DNA of 64,000 nucleotides. Origin: Lama guanicoe (Eukaryota). The notes under the pieces were generated by a model that was given only the letters and a program-made list of their open reading frames with translations, did not search any database and had not been told where the DNA came from. The position numbers and the translations under genes are program-made. How positions within the stretch are numbered: position 1 is the stretch's first letter; each line of letters begins with the position of its first letter. Below are positions 1-12,800 of this stretch, in pieces. The stretch spans positions 15,008,029-15,072,028 of the forward strand of contig MU054323.1 of the NCBI GenBank assembly GCA_013239625.1, given 5' to 3'.

Positions 1-1319
1 GGGTACATAAAGCCTGTTCTCAATATTTCTGAAGATCTATTTTATGAGAAGACTTAGTTTGAGCCATTCTGCTTGATCTACAAAATTCTGGAGTAAATTT
101 TAGTCTCCTGAAAAATTAAGAGTGGCGAGAAAAAAAAAACTTATGAAGAGGATAGCTCTGTACTGTAATGTTCAAAGGTTAACTAAATAATGAACAGTCT
201 TGATTCTAACACTCTCTTAATGCTGTACTTAATGGAGGTATTTGAATGCTGCATACTGGCAGGGTAAAGCTTGAGCTCAAATTTCGAACTCTGCCACTTT
301 CCAGAGTTAATGGCAGTTCTACAGGAAAACGATTTAATGAGCCTCGGATAACTCATGTGTCAAAGGAAGAATACAACAATTCTCCCCACAGGGATGTGGT
401 AAGGATTTCATGAAACAATAGAAGTGCCTAGTAACGCTCCTGCAGGTATTCAATAAATGTGGGCACCCTACCGTCTTCTGCTGGTTTTGTATCCCTACTG
501 AGCAGCTGGCCAAGCAAAAGATACAACAGCAAATTAAATGAATGCTGATCAGATGAGATGGAATCAAGGCAGAGAAGAAAACATAAATTTAGAGTGATTG
601 AATTTGAGAAAGGACTAGACATGAAGAGAGGCAACAAAGCAATAGATCTCGAACAAGGAATAAAATAGCTTGAGCTTAGATGTCTTTAATTCTCATTAGT
701 GTGAATCTCTGAAGGCCTTTCTTAGTTTCCCCTGCCTCAACAGTGTCTTTAGCATTCGCCACTGCTTCCAGAAAATCCTTGCTTTTCATTTTGATTGATT
801 ATTTTGACCCCCAAACATTTAAATTAGGCTTATTATATTTTCAATAATTAAAAGGAAGTGGACTTACAATGGAAGCACATAATATTTCTTATTGCTTAAT
901 GTCTTAAATTTAAATTTAGGTAATAAATCACTAGGGGACGGGGTGCCCATTCTAAAACCCCTTAGCCCAAATGGCTGGCTTGTTAAAACAACAATAAGGA
1001 GAATGAAAAAGAAGAAAGGAGAGAAAAAGAGAAAGAGGATGGAAGAAAGAGAAAAAGCATAATGAATAATACAATGCTTTTTTAAAAACTAATTTCAATT
1101 AGGTGAGCAGTGGGGTGGCTCCTTGAGAATACAGACATATGGTACTTCTGTTTCCCAAAAATCCAGCCAGGCATGGATTGTCTGCAAATTATAAGAAAAT
1201 ATATTGCCTTTTCCTTTTGCTTTTTCCTCTATAATCCCATATATTTCTTTGTTGTTACGCTTGCAGAAATGCCAAATGGACGTGATAAAAATTCAGAAAA
1301 GGAAAGGTAAAGCAATCAT

Positions 1320-1700
1320 AAGCATTCAAAGTGGGAACAGTGCTAGGGAATAGAGCCAGCAATGCAAGAAGTAACTGAAAGAGTTAAACTTTTCAACCTG
1401 GGAAGACAAAACCAGAGGATGCCAACCATATTAAGATCTTAAAAATATAAAAAAGTGGTGATAGATGTGACTAAAACAAGCAGAGACTTAACTTTCAAAA
1501 TCTAAAATATTAGAGGGAGTCCCCTTTAGGGGAGAGATCCTTTTTAAAACTCAGAAAGGTAAACTTAGGACCAAAAAGAGGAAGTACTTAAGTACTTCTT
1601 TATCCAGCAGACAATCTTATAAAACTCTTAACCCATAAGAGGTAGGTACTAAGAGCAAATGTAAGTGAATTTTAAAAGGGATTGGCTGGATTTATACACC
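1320..1700 (+). mobile_element. Ancient CR1/L3-type LINE 3' fragment
   Basis: Degenerate match to the CR1 3' end as I recall it: 'ttcaacctgggaagacaaaaccagagg', 'aggtaaacttaggaccaaaaagaggaagtact', 'ttttaaaaagggattggctgg'. Boundaries approximate. Confidence 0.6.
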
Positions 1701-1904
1701 ACAGTGCCATCAATGGAGATTACAAGGAGCTGACACACATGCTCTACCTCTAAGGCTGATGTCAGGATGAAAAATTACAACTTCTCACAGTTCATTCCCC
1801 AGGACCATTGTCTGCACAGATTTGGGATCTGGATAGAACATTAATCTAGACCAGTCATGGTTATTTCTAAGTTTATAACCTTTATCCTCCTAATTTAAAA
1901 CTTT

Positions 1905-2082
1905 ATAAAGTCATGAGATAAGCTGGAAGAAAACTTTGAGTCTGTCTAGTTTAACTTCCCCATATTAGTCATAGGAAACTTGAGTCCCAGAGTCACACTG
2001 ACTTATCTCAGGTCACCCAGCTGGCCAACAGAAGAGTAAGAAATACAATCAGTTCTTCTGATTCCTGACTCAGAGAATACTC
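1905..2082 (-). mobile_element. MIR SINE fragment
   Basis: Reverse-orientation MIR core 'ggaaacttgagtcccagag...tcaggtcacccagctggcc...cttctgattcctgactc'. Confidence 0.65.
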
Positions 2083-5000
2083 CAAAATGTATAGATAACA
2101 GCATCAACTTCCTTCTCGCCACCCAGCAAACTATAAACAAAACTATGTAACACAACAGAGCTGCATCAAGATACATACCCAGAGAAGAAATCATTGTGAT
2201 TCTCCTTCCTCAGTCAGGAAATTAATTTCTTAATAACAGTTTAAGGTATTCTATCTACCTCTTCTATCTGTTTCTTCTATTATGTGCCTTGAAATCCACA
2301 TAAATTCAGTTTCTTTACTAACTTCTTCAGTTCTCAGTTTTGAAGCCCAAACTAAGGTAAAGACCTTGGAAACAGTTTTTCTGTGAAAGGAACTTGAAAT
2401 TATGGAACTCATCATCATGTCTTACTGGATTTTAAAACTCATCTCGGTGAGTTGCTCTACAGAAAGTAAAAGGTATGACTACTCAAAAGTTTTGCATTTC
2501 TACATGCTTCCCCAAATCACTGACCTTGAAGTTAAACCATAGTAAACATCCTCCCTGGGATAATCTGAGAAAGTGAAACCCCTAAGTCACAGCTGGTGAA
2601 CATCTCCCTCTTCACTAATGTGTGCGCACATATTTTTAGCCATTCTACAGAGACCTGTGATATTTAGCATTGCATTTGCAGACTTCATTGAAGTCGATGG
2701 TCTCAGATATTTACTAAAAAAAAAACTACTATTTGCCATGTAAAATGTAAGATGTAAGCAGCATTAACTCACTGCAACGATACTGCAATTTTATTTCACT
2801 GATTGATATTCAGAGAAATCAAACCACAAGTGAAATGAACCAGTCAGAACCCAGCAAAGCTCTGGTCACTAAAAGGTCACTCATGGAATCCTTTCTTAAT
2901 GCCAGTAATCAGAACATAGTCAACAAAAGTATATGCAAAGTATAAGTACTATAGATTAATTGAAAACATAAACTACACATAATTATACTCAGCATATAAA
3001 TGCCCGTAAGTAGAATAGAATATGAGAAGATTATGCAAAAAGAGAAAAGCCTGTTATTCTGGATGGATGGATGGAATCTACCTAGGGTATGAGTTTTGCC
3101 CAGCCTCACTTGCTCTCAGATACTTCTGAGTGAGCTATTACTTGTTTGTAACATGGAAAAATTAAGTGATTGGTCCATAGGACTACTCTTAGAACTGCCT
3201 AATGTTAAAATCAGGTCATTGGAGTTCTCTGTCCAAACCTCCCAACAGTGCCCCCTCTATACTCTGAAAAATTCTAGTACTTCATGTTTTGTTCTTAGTT
3301 AATGATTATATTTCATGTCTTGGCTTTCTTATTTGATTATAATCTAGTCAAGGGAAACAATAATATTTTTAAGTATTTTAAAATTCATTGTGTCCCACAG
3401 AGTACCTGACCTCAGCCCCATTGATTGACTGAGCAATCATACATCATGATAGGCAATCAAAATGGAGCACACAAGGAAAAAGGAGGTCATATTTCAAAGT
3501 ACATTTATATTCATAATCTAACCTTTAGATTCCTTACAGGGTTTTATAAATGATTTTTGATAAGATAAAATTATTATTTCCATGTGCAGTATATCTGCTA
3601 TGGCTGACATTTTGTAATAAATAGAATTTTTACACAGCAAAAAAATATGTAAACATATTTTTTAAAAAATTCAACTCCTGACTGGTCATGATGGACCAAT
3701 GTACCAAAATAATTCTTCCAATGTAAATAATTTAAAAGTGGAAAGAATATATGAAACCACTCTTTTCAGTCACTGGAATGCAAATAACCAGGAAAACAGG
3801 AGCCCTTGGCTTTCTGCCTGCAGGCAGTTTCAAGATTTAACAATAAAAAAGGGTAATTCAAATAGAGACTGCCAACTGTCTCAGTATAGGAGACAGAGCT
3901 TGAAGTTCAGTGAGGTGAAGGAAACTCAACTTGTTTGGGGAAAGGGACTGTAGAATACCCAAGAGGACAAAGCTATGCAGAGAAAGAGGCTCAGATATGC
4001 ATAACACTCCCCTTGAATTGTTAGCTAAATATGGATTTGCACAGGTTTGTTGTGGGCCAGGCAAAGAACAACTTTCAGGAAAAGAAAAATTACCGGGGAT
4101 CTGTAGGCAAGTAATCCCCAGACCTTACTCAGAAAGAAATCATTTGTGTTCCCACCAGCCAGAAGGAAAGACCTTGCTGTTAATATATGGGGCAGTCAAT
4201 AGATGTCCCCAAAGGATCATGCTTTAGTAATGAAGCGAGAATGGAAGCTACTCCATACCTGCAACAACTCAAGAAGATTGAAAACAAATCACAAAAGCAT
4301 CAAAATGATCTGTAAGCAACTTTGGCTGCCAAGACACTCCTTATATTGATATAACAAGTCCAATACTCAAAAAATGTAAAATCATAATGCTCAGCAGTCA
4401 ATCAAAACTATATTAGGTATGTGAAAAGGCAGGAAAATGTAACCTATAACCAGGAGAAGGATCAATTAACAGAAAAAGACATAGAAATGACAAAAATGAG
4501 GGAATTGGCAGAAAATAATGCTAAAATCAGTATCATCACTATGTTCAATATCCTCAAAGATTTCAAAGAAAAATATAATGAGAAAGGAAATAGAAAATAT
4601 AAGAAAAACAAAATGGAATGTCTAGAGATGAAATATACAATATCTGAAATGAAATTATCATGGGTAAAAAATTAGCACCAGATTAGACACCGCATAGAGA
4701 AAGATCAGTGAATTTGAAGATAAAACAACAGGAACTACTCAAAATAAAGCAATGAGAGAAAAAGAAATGAAAAGAGATTTTTAAAAGAAAGAATCTCATT
4801 GACTTATGATTAATTGCAAACTGTGGAACAAACATGTAATTGGAATACCAGAAGAAGGGAAAGAAAGAGGAATATAGAAAAGTATTGAAGAAATTAAAAT
4901 TCCAAAATTGTCCAAAAATTTTCCAAATTTGATGACAATATTACTTCCAGGTTCAAGATCAATGAACTCCAAACATAACCAACACAAAGAGAACCACAAC

Positions 5001-5312
5001 AAAATATATTATGTTTAAATTACTAAAAAATAGTAATAAAGAGAAAAATATTAAAAGCATATATAGAAAAAAGATACAGTTTATACAGGAAAAAAAAAGA
5101 ATGACCAAAGATGCATCAAAGACTCAGTGATCCAGAGTTGATGAAAGGAAAAAAAAAACACCATCGAAGTAGAACACAGTGAAAATATACTACAAAAATT
5201 AAGCAATAAAAACTTTTTCAAGCAAATAAGTCTGAAAGAATGTTCGCCAGCAAGTGTGCAGTAAAAGAAATGTTGAAGGGAATTTTTCAGGTACTGCAGA
5301 ATAATACCAGTT

Positions 5313-5392
5313 GGAAAAGGAAAGGAAAGGAAGGAAGGGAGGGAGGGAGACAAGGAGGGAGGGAAGAAAGAAGAGAAAGAAAAGGGGGGAAA
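5313..5392 (+). repeat. Purine-rich (GGAA/GGGA)n low-complexity tract
   Basis: 'ggaaaaggaaaggaaaggaaggaagggagggaggg...' read directly. Confidence 0.85.
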
Positions 5393-6655
5393 AGCACCAA
5401 ACATAGCAAGCATTCAGGTAAATATAAGAACATGTTAATTTCATTTCTTAAAAAACTTTAAAAATTAATGATTGTTTCAGCAAAAATATGTTATGGGGTT
5501 AAATATACACATACACATACACATATGAATATATGTAAAGTGCACCACAACAAAAGCACAAAGTATTGGAAAGGACATGTTATAGGGAAATATTTAAAGG
5601 TTCTTAAGTCATATATATAATTTAAATATGTTTCATTAAAGATATATAGTATAAAATCTAGAATAGCCACAAAAAGATATACAAAGACAACTAGCTAATA
5701 CACCAATAGTGGAGATAAACTGGTATATTCACAAACAAAATAAAACAAAACTGAATTACTCCAAAAGAAAAAGAAAAGGAAACAAAAATCAAATAGCATG
5801 ATGGCAGATTTAAGCCCAATGATGTCAAAAATTACTTAAATATAAATAGTCTAAGCAACTCTAATTAAAACTCAGGTATTATCACACTCGACCCAAAAAA
5901 GAAGTAACAAACTATATCTTGCCTACATTTTAAGTATACCTATTTTAAGTATAATGATACCTAAGGATAAAACTAAAAGAACGCAAAAACAGAAAGATAT
6001 ACTATACAAATACTAATATTAAGAAAGCTGAAGTGGCTGCAGTTAGGTAAAGTAAACTTCAAATCAAGGAATATCAATAGAGATTAAAAAGGGACATTTC
6101 ATAATGATAATGAGTCAATTTCTAGTAAAGATATAATCATCCTACATTGTATGTGCCTGTACAGAATTTCAAAATTCATGAAGCAAAATCTGGCAGAACT
6201 GAAAGGAGAAACAGACAAATCTATTATTATAATTGAAGATTTCAGGGCTCCTCTTTGTAATGACAGAACGTGCAAACAGAATACCAGTGAAGATACAGAA
6301 GACTGATCAATGCAATCAAACAACTTGACCTAACTGACATTTATTTATAGGCCATTTTACCAAAGTACAGCAAAATATACATTATTTTCAATCAAACATG
6401 CCAAATTCATCAAGACAAACCATATGTTGTGCTGTAAAACAAGTCAATAAATTTTACAAGATTCAAATACACAGACAACAATAGAACTAACAGAAATCAG
6501 CAAGAGAAAGCTATGTGGAAAATCCCCAAATATTTGCACATTAAACAATGCACTTCTAAATATGTCAAAGAAAGAATCATCAAAGACCTTAAAATGAATG
6601 AAAATGAAATCATCAAAATATCAAGACTTGCAAGATTCAGCCAAAATATAGCTTA

Positions 6656-7171
6656 TGTAACAGGGAAGAACAAATCTGGCTCCATACTGGATTTGTTTCT
6701 TTTATTTTAACCTTTGATTCTATTGCTTTTGTACAAGTTAATCACTAAAGGTATGTTGCCTACAGCTTAAAATATATATAATGGCCCATCTCCAGGAACC
6801 CTGACTCCTATGCCTAAGCATTAAGCTAAAATACCTTTGCTTAGTTCACAGGAAACATCCTGACCAGGCCCACTTGTGAATGGCTGCAGGAAAGAAGAAA
6901 TGAACACATTCCCTCTGAAGTCTGACAGGAATCAGAAAATATTTGCAACAACTTACCAACCTTTTAAATTTACCTCCTCACCTCCCCTTCTTTGTTTTAT
7001 AAAAGAAACTAGCATCCAAACCTGGACGAGATGGTTCTTTGGGACACTAGTTCACCATCTTCCCAGTCTGCTGGCTTTCTGAATAAAGTTGCTATTCACT
7101 GTCCCAACAACTCATCTCTTGATATATTCACCTGTTGTGCAGGGAGTAGTATGAGCTTGGACTTAGTAACA
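6656..7171 (+). mobile_element. Solo LTR, ERV1 class (516 bp)
   Basis: TG...CA termini (tgtaac...gtaaca). 4-bp TSD CTTA at 6652-6655 and 7172-7175. TATAAAA near 6998 and AATAAA at 7082. It interrupts the L1 ORF2. Confidence 0.88.
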
Positions 7172-8069
7172 CTTAGATTTTTTTTAGTTTTACATAATTA
7201 TATTAGAAAAAAAGGAAGATCTAAAAATAAATGAGGTAAACGGTCAACTTAAGAAACTAGAAAAAGAGCTAATTACACATACATTAGTATGATGAAGGAA
7301 ATATATACATGAAAATCAATAAAATAGGAAGCAATAGAGAAAAATTAGTTAAAAATTGTTTCTTTGAGAAGGCAAACAAAATTGATAACTAGCTAGCTAG
7401 CCTGATCAAGAAAAAAACAAAAAAGATATAAATCATCAGAAATTAAAAAGCTCACTGAAGATCCCACAGATATTAAATAATGGAAGACAATTTTCACAAC
7501 TTGATAAAAATGTATCCTGCCTTCAAAAAAAAGAGACATCAATTCCTTGAAAATCTCAATGAACCAAAACTAGCAAAAGAGGAGACAGAAAACCTTATTT
7601 TTGCAATATTCTTTAAAAACAGTGATTTTTCTATCAAAAATACTTTCAGCAAAAAATTGTAGGACCTCATGATTCCAATAATGAATTCTGTCAGACATTT
7701 ATGGAAGAAATATCAACCACATACATACTATCTCATGAAACAGAGGAAGAAACACTTAAATCATTTTATAATCCTGACACCAAAATCAGACACAAACATT
7801 ACAAAAACAAAAAGGAACTACAGACCATATCCCTCATGCATATAAATGCAAAAACCCTTATAGTGAATAAAATCCAATAATGCATAAGAAGGGTAACATA
7901 TGAGGTTTACCCTGGGAATGCAGGGATGATGATGAAGAAACACTTCAGATCCACAAGTAGATCTTATCTGAGGAATGTAAAGACTGGAAAAGATAATTCC
8001 TTCAAATGCAAAAACATTTGAATTTCTAGAATAAAATCTTGGGCTAGGCAAAGACATAAGTCACCAAAA

Positions 8070-8111
8070 AATAAATAAATGAATAAATGAATGAATGAAT
8101 GAATGAATGAA

Positions 8112-8142
<31 letters not shown>

Positions 8143-8143
8143 A
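8070..8143 (+). repeat. Compound (TGAA)n(TAAA)n microsatellite
   Basis: Read directly. Confidence 0.95.
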
Positions 8144-8437
8144 AGAATTATTTAATCAGAACTAAAAATTACTGCTTTTCCAAAGACACTGCTAGAAAAG
8201 AAAAAGGAAGTCACAATCTAGGAGAAGATATTTGTAATACATACTAATGCGAAGGAGATTCAATTCAAAAATAGGTAAATGATTTGAACATACACTTAAC
8301 CAAAAAGGAATATTCAAATAACTAATAAGCACATGAGAAGATGCTCAACATCATTAATTATCAGAGATAATTTAAACTATAATGACATAACACTATACAT
8401 TTACACTCAAATGTCTAAAGTTAAAAGACTATTGTCC

Positions 8438-8679
8438 AAAAGGTACAACATTCTAGTTACAAGATAAATAAGGACTAGGGAAGCAATGTACAACATGATA
8501 AATACAATTAACATTGCTGTATGTTATATATTAAAGTTGTTATGAGAGTAAATCCTAAGAGTTCTCATCACAAAAAACATTTTCTTCTATTTCTTTAATT
8601 TTGTATCAATATGAGGATAATGAATGTTCACTAAACTTGTGATAGATAATGAATTAACTAAAAAATAAAATTAAAAATT
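8438..8679 (+). mobile_element. 5'-truncated younger L1 3' end (L1MA-like) nested in the older L1
   Basis: 'aaagttgttatgagagtaaatcctaagagttctcatcac' L1MA-type 3' UTR with an A-rich tail. Flanked by an imperfect TSD aaaagact(a/g)ttg(t/c)cc at 8423-8437 and 8680-8694. Confidence 0.8.
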
Positions 8680-9529
8680 AAAAGACTGTTGCCCTTGCAG
8701 TAGAGCAACTGGAACTCATACACAGGTGGTTGGAATATGTAGAGATTATATCTTTGGGAAATGGATTTTTCAAAAAATTTAAACATATAGTTACTATATG
8801 ATCCAGCTATTCAACTAAGGTATTTACCCAAGAACACTGAAAACACATATACACAAAAATACTTGCACAGGAATGTTCATGGCAATTTTCTTTGTTAGTC
8901 AAAAACAAGGAACAAGCAAAATGTCTATCAAGAGGCAAGTGGAAAAGGATTTGCAGGAAACTACTCAGCAATGTGAAAGAAGCAACAACTGAGACAACAA
9001 AGTGGCCAAATCCAAAAACAACATGATGAGTGAAAGAAACCAGACACATAAAAGTGCAAGATACATGATAACATTTCTGTGAACCTCCAGAAAAAAAAAA
9101 TCTTCTATACAATGACAACAATAATGACAATATCTCAGTGGCTTGGGTCATCTTGGGACCCAAGTTGGGATGATGGAAATGTTCTGTATATTGAGTTTAG
9201 TGATGGCTACGCAGATACACACATTTATCAAATCACATTAAAGTTTACATTTAAAATCCCTTCCTTTGTGCTCATTAGACCACCACAATGAAAGATTCCT
9301 ATGTCTAGGGAGCCTTGTAGAGTTTGATTTTGATCTGCACATTTATGACATTTAATAGCATAATGCAAATGATGCCAACATAAATGGGAGACATGCACAG
9401 ACTCTATATAAATCTCTGTTAATAGGCTATGTTGCCATGGAAAAATACATACACTTTCTCAGTGTTGGCTGCAGGGTTCTATACATTAAGTTCAGGTTGT
9501 TCATTAAATTGTCTGATCTATCAGTGCAT

Positions 9530-9990
9530 AAAAATGTCCCAACAAAATTCTGTTTTGGACATCTTCCTAGATAATTCTATCAATGTTTATCTCATATGTT
9601 ACACTGGTAGATGTATTCAAGGTTCAGAACTGTGATTTTTTTTTTATGGCAAAATTTTTCTTTTATTATCAAGTGATAATCCTCATGATCCCTAGCGATA
9701 CATTTGCCTTTCAAGTATATCCATTTTGATAATATTGCTACATCAACTTTCTTTAGGTTGGAGTTTTTAAAAATATATTTTTCATTTCTTACTTTCCAAT
9801 TTTTCTATACCTTTATATCATAGGGATGTCTATTGAAATTAGCTTATAGCTGGATTTAGAATTTGCTTTCATAGTGTCTCTCAGTAAGAGATTCTCATCA
9901 AGAAATTACCTTATAGTCACAATTATTATGATTACTGATATATGTAAACTTATTTTAATTTTTTATTTTTCACACTTCATTTTTATTAGT
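9530..9990 (-). mobile_element. Old L1 fragment, antisense
   Basis: T-rich sequence with 'tgataatattgctacatcaactttctttaggttgg', typical of the reverse strand of the L1 endonuclease region. Confidence 0.55.
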
Positions 9991-10179
9991 ATTGAGTCTT
10001 CAGTATTCAGTTTGTAATACTTATCTCTAGTTATATTTGTTACAGGACTGTGATTTTTCATTTAAAACTCTTGTGAACTCTTTCCTAAGTATAATTATCA
10101 AAAGAGGGGAGAAGAGGCATCAGTTCTTGTCTATTTCTTAGTTGAAATGATCGCTCCTTCCCCCAATATGATTGTACAT

Positions 10180-10352
10180 TTATGAGAATTTTGGAATCAG
10201 AAAGAGTCTTAAAAAAGTGGCCTTTGTACACGTGAAAATCGAAGACTGGAGGGTTTAGACATGATGTTCAAGGTCACAAAGTGAGTTAGTAATTACTATA
10301 TGACTGAATTCTAGTCTCCTAACTCCTTGTCTAGTGTACTTTCCATGCTGCC
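10180..10352 (-). mobile_element. MIR SINE fragment
   Basis: 'ttcaaggtcacaaagtgagttagt...tctcctaactccttgtctagtgtactttcca'. Confidence 0.65.
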
Positions 10353-11850
10353 CTTTTAGATTTATGTTGTACAGACTGTTGAATATCATCATTTCTGCAA
10401 CACAACAGTAGCACATGTCTTCCTTGTAAGGTGTTTGTAAGTTGAATCAATTCTGAGATACGCATATTAAATTAAGAAGCATGCAGAGCAGATGGTAAAA
10501 TGCAAATGGATTAAAAACTCCAAGGTTATATAGATTTGAATCTATTTTAAAAAGCGACAGTCTGTTTTAAGTCTCATCAGTGACTTTGAAAACAATAGAC
10601 TCAACCATAATGGGAAATATGAAATATTTTCTAACTTGCAGTTGCCCTTTGTAAAAAATGTTTTATTGCAATACCTAATTTATTATTTCTCATTTATGTA
10701 TGCCCTGCAGCATTATTCCTTTACAGCTTTTACCTTCCCATTGAGTATTTGAATTTTTCTATCATTTATTTTCCCTCAAAGGCATTAACCTGTTTTTCTA
10801 AGACATATTTCATTTTCTTGGTTACTTTTCAAGATACCTGAAATTTTTAAATATTATTTCCAGTTAATCCCATATGGTACATAAAATGAAGATTCAGTGT
10901 AGAGAATAATTACTCTCTTTCAAAATACAGAACTGCTGGGGTAAATTAGATGATGGAAAATTATGGCATCAGGTCTCACAGCATTGACAATGGAAAAGTG
11001 GCAGTCATACTTGGAAAAAGCTTATACTTTCTCTACAAGAGAAAGAGAAGGGAAACACTAAAATTCAATTTTGAATGATGCTTCAGTTTCCAGCTTAGCA
11101 TTTTCCTCCTAAAATATACACTGTCAACCCCCCTGATTCAGCAGCAGATTTTTAAAAACCAGCCTTTGAGATTTGTCTAGGGTTGCATTCTCAGTATATA
11201 CTTCAGCAGATAGACCAATTGGGCTTTTTTTCCTTTCTGACAGCAGCCAATGTTATGGGTCCCTTGCTGAATTTCTGTCATATCTTGTGTTTATGAAAAT
11301 GAACTATGTCCTTGGGAATTTCAAAAGGTAAAGAAGCATAGACCCGAGGAGGGCACCAGAGGGAGGCAGAGCAGAGTGTACCACTGCGAAGTTCTGATAG
11401 GGATTTTTGGTTTCTAATGATAGTGATGATTCTCTCTGGTGTGCCGGTACAAAGAATAAGAATCAAAACAAAACCTCACAAATCCTAGTATCTAGAAAAA
11501 TCTAATTTTGATGAAAGTTAGGTGTACTACCAATTAATTCTGAGAAGATAGGTTTGAAATTTGGTGTATTTTATTTTTCACAGAGACATATTTAACCTGA
11601 GAGGCATTCATGAGTGGTCCACAATCTCTTGGACATAAATCATATTGAGTCTGCCTCACGCCTGATCCAAGCTCAGCCTTTCACCCACATGGATGAAGGT
11701 TTTCCTCAAAGACTGACATCCTCAACTCTACTCTCAAGTTCTGGCTAGTCCCGTTTCACTTTTATCGTCCTCCCTTTCTTACTCTCCTTTCCATTCCAGT
11801 CTCAGTCCTGCATTTATCTGTTCATCCCTAGATTCCCTAGAACTTCACTA

Positions 11851-11925
11851 TGGGTGACCAAATCATCTCACTTTGCCAGGGACTGTCCCAGTTTTAGCCC
11901 TGAATGTCTCACGTCCCAGCAACAA
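11851..11925. mobile_element. hAT-Blackjack MITE fragment (MER81-like)
   Basis: 'gggtgaccaa...tttgccagggactgtcccagttttagccctgaatgtctcacgtccc' resembles MER81. Confidence 0.7.
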
Positions 11926-12469
11926 GTCCTTTTCCTTTTTAAGCTGTTGTGGAGACTTACACCTTTCTCTTCCAAGCTCAGCAAGGGACTACCCTTCTTC
12001 ATATTCATTCCCTCAACAGTTTCCTTCATCTAAAAACAAATCAGTGCCCATTGCCTTCCCAAACACAAACATCACACACACACACAGGTTTAGAAATACA
12101 CTGAGAATGAGTGCCAAGGCTTCACTGAGGTTTGGCCTAAATGCCACCTTTCTTTTTGCCCTTTCAATAAAAGCTGTAACTTCACTGGAAAGATTTGCTT
12201 CCATCTGCTCAGTGTATGTATCTTGCATCTCTGTGTTCCCAAGTCAGCTTTGTGCTTAGTAGGCATTACTCTTTGGCTCATCTCACCAAGTTTTTCACAC
12301 TCTCTAATAACATTCTCTTGCTGTCTCAGGCTTGGCTTGGATACAGAACCAACCTAGGAAAGAAAGTGCACATTTCAATAATGCCTTTCCACCTTATATC
12401 CATGCAGTGGGACATGGAATGAAGTCACACTTAATACTGTGGAATTTGCTGGTCCATTGATAACTGCTG

Positions 12470-12800
12470 ATCTTTTGTATGTGACCTGCTTTTTCCTCCC
12501 CCTTTAGAAGCTTTTTAAAAATCTTCCCTTTTTTCTACACTTTTCCGAAATTTCACAACTATATCCTTCGGTGTGGATATTTTCCCATTCATTGTGCTGG
12601 ACACTCAGTGGGTCTTTTTATTCTGAAAAACCATGTCTGTTGATACCGTTTCATATCATTTTTCTATTCATTTACACATTCTGTAATATCTCTGTGCTTT
12701 CTAATAGTTTACTATTGTACTCTTTTCATTATATATGACATCCTGTTCTTTTTAATGGATGCAATATGTTCCCTTAAGATGTCCATAAAATATAATATTA
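12470..12800 (-). mobile_element. Old L1/HAL1 ORF1-region fragment, antisense
   Basis: 'tttcacaactatatccttcggtgtggatattttcccattcattgtgctggacactcagtgggtc'. Confidence 0.55.

Larger units (their letters stand above)
3680..9257 (+). mobile_element. Old, near full-length but internally deleted and decayed LINE-1 (L1M/L1MC-like), interrupted by a solo LTR and a younger L1 3' end
   Basis: ORF1-like remnants at 4421-5290 (KRQENVTYNQEK...). Endonuclease start near 5800 ('aaaattacttaaatataaatagtcta', approx. ITLNINSL). RT motif 'aactacagaccatatccctcatgcatataaatgcaaaa' (approx. NYRPISLMNIDAK) near 7816. L1 3' region 'atatgatccagctattcaactaaggtatttacccaaga' near 8797. Many stops and frameshifts. Confidence 0.9.

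Noticed and set aside
2375..2452. + strand 57-nt in-frame exon candidate (ELEIMELIIMSYWILKLIS)
   Set aside because: Weak AAG acceptor, no recognisable protein and no partner exons.
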